Shown: piece after piece, positions 62,293 to 64,000 of the stretch
How the letters are laid out: each line of letters starts with the position of its first letter
Position numbering within the stretch: position 1 is the stretch's first letter
DNA from: an uncultured Isosphaeraceae bacterium
Lineage (GTDB): Bacteria; Planctomycetota; Phycisphaerae; Phycisphaerales; SM1A02
Length of the DNA stretch: 64,000 nucleotides
Assembly: GCA_964481025.1 (NCBI GenBank)
Contig: CAYZSH010000001.1
Span: 2,714 to 66,713 of the forward strand
Direction: 5' to 3'
Notes under the pieces: generated by a model
Database searches by the model: none
Told to the model about the DNA's origin: nothing
The model's input: only the letters and a program-made list of their open reading frames with translations
Made by a program: the position numbers and the translations under genes

Positions 62293-63102
62293 TCAGGCGC
62301 CCCCTCCAGGACCGGCGGACGTCGTGGACCACGCGATGATCGTGTCCACGACCTCGTTGGTGAACGACTCGGAGACCGACAGTGTCACGGGGAGCGCCGC
62401 GATGATCACGATCAACCCCACGAGGATCCGGATCGGGAACCCGAGACTCAGCACGTTGAGCTGCGGCACGGTCTTCGCCACGAAACCCATCGCGATGGTC
62501 TCGAGGAACACCACGCCCAACAGAGGCAGCGCGATGCGCAGGCCGAACTCGGTAGCGGCGAGCATCACGCCGACCACGAGGTCGGCGCCGCCTCCGCCGG
62601 ACACGAATCCGCCCGCGGTCACGTGCTCGAAGCTCCGCAGCACGCAGAGGAACATCGCGTCGAGTCCGCCGAGCCCCAGGAACAGCACGATCGCGAGGAA
62701 CGACATGATCTGCTCGAGGACGTCGCTCTCCTCGCCCGCCGCGGGGTTGTAGAACCGCGCGAAGCCGAGTCCCATCTGCTGACCCATGATCAGCCCGCCC
62801 GCCCGCATCGCGAAGATCGGCATCGAGGCGACGAAGCCGATGACGCCGCCGATCGCGATCTCCGCGGCGCCGAGCGGCACCATGGCCCACGGGTCGTCGA
62901 ACGCGATGTCCGGGAACGCGACGCCGCGTCCGGCCAGCACCAGATACGCGCCGACGCCAGCCACGATCACCAGCATGCCCTTGACCCGCGCGGGGATCGA
63001 GGTCATCGAGAGCACCGGCGCGTAGATGAACAGTCCGCCCAGGCGGAGGATCACCAGCATCGCCGGTCCCATGCTGCGTTCGATGATCGGAAGGGCATCC
63101 AC
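62293..63102 (-). CDS. fliR: Flagellar export apparatus protein FliR
   Basis: 269 aa polytopic protein positioned between fliQ and flhB. It has FliR-like segments (RLGGLFIYAPVLS, PLLGVVFLETIAMGFVAKTVPQLNVLSLGFPIRI). Confidence 0.9.
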   Translation of the reverse strand: MDALPIIERSMGPAMLVILRLGGLFIYAPVLSMTSIPARVKGMLVIVAGVGAYLVLAGRGVAFPDIAFDDPWAMVPLGAAEIAIGGVIGFVASMPIFAMRAGGLIMGQQMGLGFARFYNPAAGEESDVLEQIMSFLAIVLFLGLGGLDAMFLCVLRSFEHVTAGGFVSGGGGADLVVGVMLAATEFGLRIALPLLGVVFLETIAMGFVAKTVPQLNVLSLGFPIRILVGLIVIIAALPVTLSVSESFTNEVVDTIIAWSTTSAGPGGGA

Positions 63103-63115
63103 GCGAAGAACATCC

Positions 63116-63364
63116 TCAACCCACGAACATCCGCTCGGCGAACGCGACCATCTGCGTCGCGATCCATCCGAGCAGCGCCACCGCGACGAGGATCATCGCC
63201 GCGATCTTCGGAACGAACGACAACGTCTGCTCCTGGATCTGCGTCACCGCCTGCGCGATGCTCACCACGAGTCCGACGACGAGACCGGCGATGAGGATCG
63301 GCGTCGAGATCCAGAGCGCCACCAGCAGCGCCTCCCGTGCGATGTCCAGACCTTCGGTCGACAT
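63116..63364 (-). CDS. fliQ: Flagellar export apparatus protein FliQ
   Basis: 82 aa starting at ATG 63364: MSTEGLDIAREALLVALWISTPILIAGLVVGLVVSIAQAVTQIQEQTLSFVPKI.... The longer track ORF 63116..63781 overlaps fliP. Confidence 0.9.
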   Translation of the reverse strand: MSTEGLDIAREALLVALWISTPILIAGLVVGLVVSIAQAVTQIQEQTLSFVPKIAAMILVAVALLGWIATQMVAFAERMFVG

Positions 63365-63381
63365 GCGACACCTCCTCGAGG

Positions 63382-64000
63382 TCAGCCTCCGCCCGCGGCG
63401 GCGACTCCGTGCAGCAGACTTCCCGCGACGAGCATCCAGCCGTCCGCGATCACGAACAGCAGCAGCTTGAAGGGCAACGAGACGAACACCGGCGGCAGCA
63501 TCATCATGCCCATCGAGATGAGCAGGCTCGACACCACCATGTCGATGACGAGGAACGGCAGGTAGATTCGGAACGCGATGAGGAACGCGACCTTCAACTC
63601 GCTCAGCACGTACGCGGGCACGAGCTGCATCATGCCGGGATCGCGTTCGAGGTCGATCTCCCCGTCCACCTCGTAGTCCCAGCCGCCGAACTCCATCATC
63701 ATGCTCACCGACGACTCGTTTCCGGCGTGGCGGATCTGTCCGACCATGAAGTTCCGCAATGGCGCCTTCATCCCCTCCCACGCCGCCATCGAGTCACGTT
63801 CGGCCTGCGGCGCCTCGAGATACGGCTTGAGACCGCCATCCCACATGGCCTCGAGCGTCGGCCCCATCGCGACGAACGTGAGCAGCACGCTCAATCCCAC
63901 GACGACCTGGCTGGGCGGAAGCCCCTGGGTGCCGATGGCCTGTCGAAGCAGGCCGAGCACCACCACGAATCGCGTGAACGAGGTGCAGAGGATGAGGATC
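63382..64000 (-). CDS. fliP: Flagellar export apparatus protein FliP (5' end runs off the window)
   Basis: The reading frame is open to the window edge. Landmarks are SFTRFVVVLGLLRQAIGTQGLPPSQV, PAYVLSELKVAFLIAFRIYLPFLVIDMVVSSLLISMGMMMLPP, and LPFKLLLFV. Confidence 0.92.
   Translation of the reverse strand, partial: ILILCTSFTRFVVVLGLLRQAIGTQGLPPSQVVVGLSVLLTFVAMGPTLEAMWDGGLKPYLEAPQAERDSMAAWEGMKAPLRNFMVGQIRHAGNESSVSMMMEFGGWDYEVDGEIDLERDPGMMQLVPAYVLSELKVAFLIAFRIYLPFLVIDMVVSSLLISMGMMMLPPVFVSLPFKLLLFVIADGWMLVAGSLLHGVAAAGGG

Overview
High-GC bacterial chromosomal window (roughly 65-70% G+C by eye). I call about 58 protein genes, which are densely packed and mostly sit in long co-directional blocks. 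The gene content is DUF1080 proteins, PEP-CTERM proteins, a dockerin-tailed S8 peptidase, System II cytochrome c biogenesis, LPS/lipid A genes and a flagellar export operon. This suggests Planctomycetota (Phycisphaerae-like) or a related PVC lineage, by inference only.

Main blocks:
- 1-21.3 kb: scattered LPS/lipid A genes (lptC-like, kdsC, LpxL-family acyltransferase, CapD-like, DUF368, galE, pagL-like, lptB). Interleaved with them are rpsT, a FIST protein, an orphan GspE/PilB-type ATPase, moaA and two stand-alone receivers.
- 21.9-33.7 kb: a minus-strand block of HU, motAB, S8 peptidase, Fe-type ABC permease, nuoD-E-(small ORF)-F, ybeY, CNNM and DUF4870.
- 33.9-41.7 kb: 2-hydroxyacid dehydrogenase, eno, acyl-CoA synthetase and a heterodimeric ABC exporter.
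- 41.9-46.5 kb: enlarged ResB/CcsA pair.
- 46.8-54.1 kb: cyclophilin, ALDH7-like dehydrogenase, an orphan CoA-transferase B subunit, a double-DUF1080 protein and two PEP-CTERM proteins.
- 54.3-64 kb: fliA, flhG, flhF, flhA, flhB, fliR, fliQ, fliP.

No rRNA, tRNA, CRISPR array, transposase or prophage was recognised.

Most interesting non-standard signals:
- A roughly 440-nt hairpin-dense, lower-GC non-coding island at 16.45-16.9 kb that I could not assign to any RNA family.
- A palindromic intergenic repeat family built from 4x CACGGAG / 4x CTCCGTG arms. There are two full copies and one solo arm, and each lies just downstream of the stop codon of a plus-strand gene.
- A base-perfect 2x263-bp tandem duplication over the start of the lptC-like gene.
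- A translationally coupled operon of lipid A acyltransferase, receiver domain and two unknown proteins.
- A 47% GC island with a perfect TATAAT and AAGGAGG in front of a small HTH/Arg-Gly-Lys-rich protein.
- A sigma-28 (FliA) with a basic N-terminal extension of about 100 aa.

I did not find a clear-cut new multi-gene system. The items above are candidates, not conclusions. Many very long ORFs in the supplied track are antisense shadow ORFs typical of high-GC DNA and were rejected.
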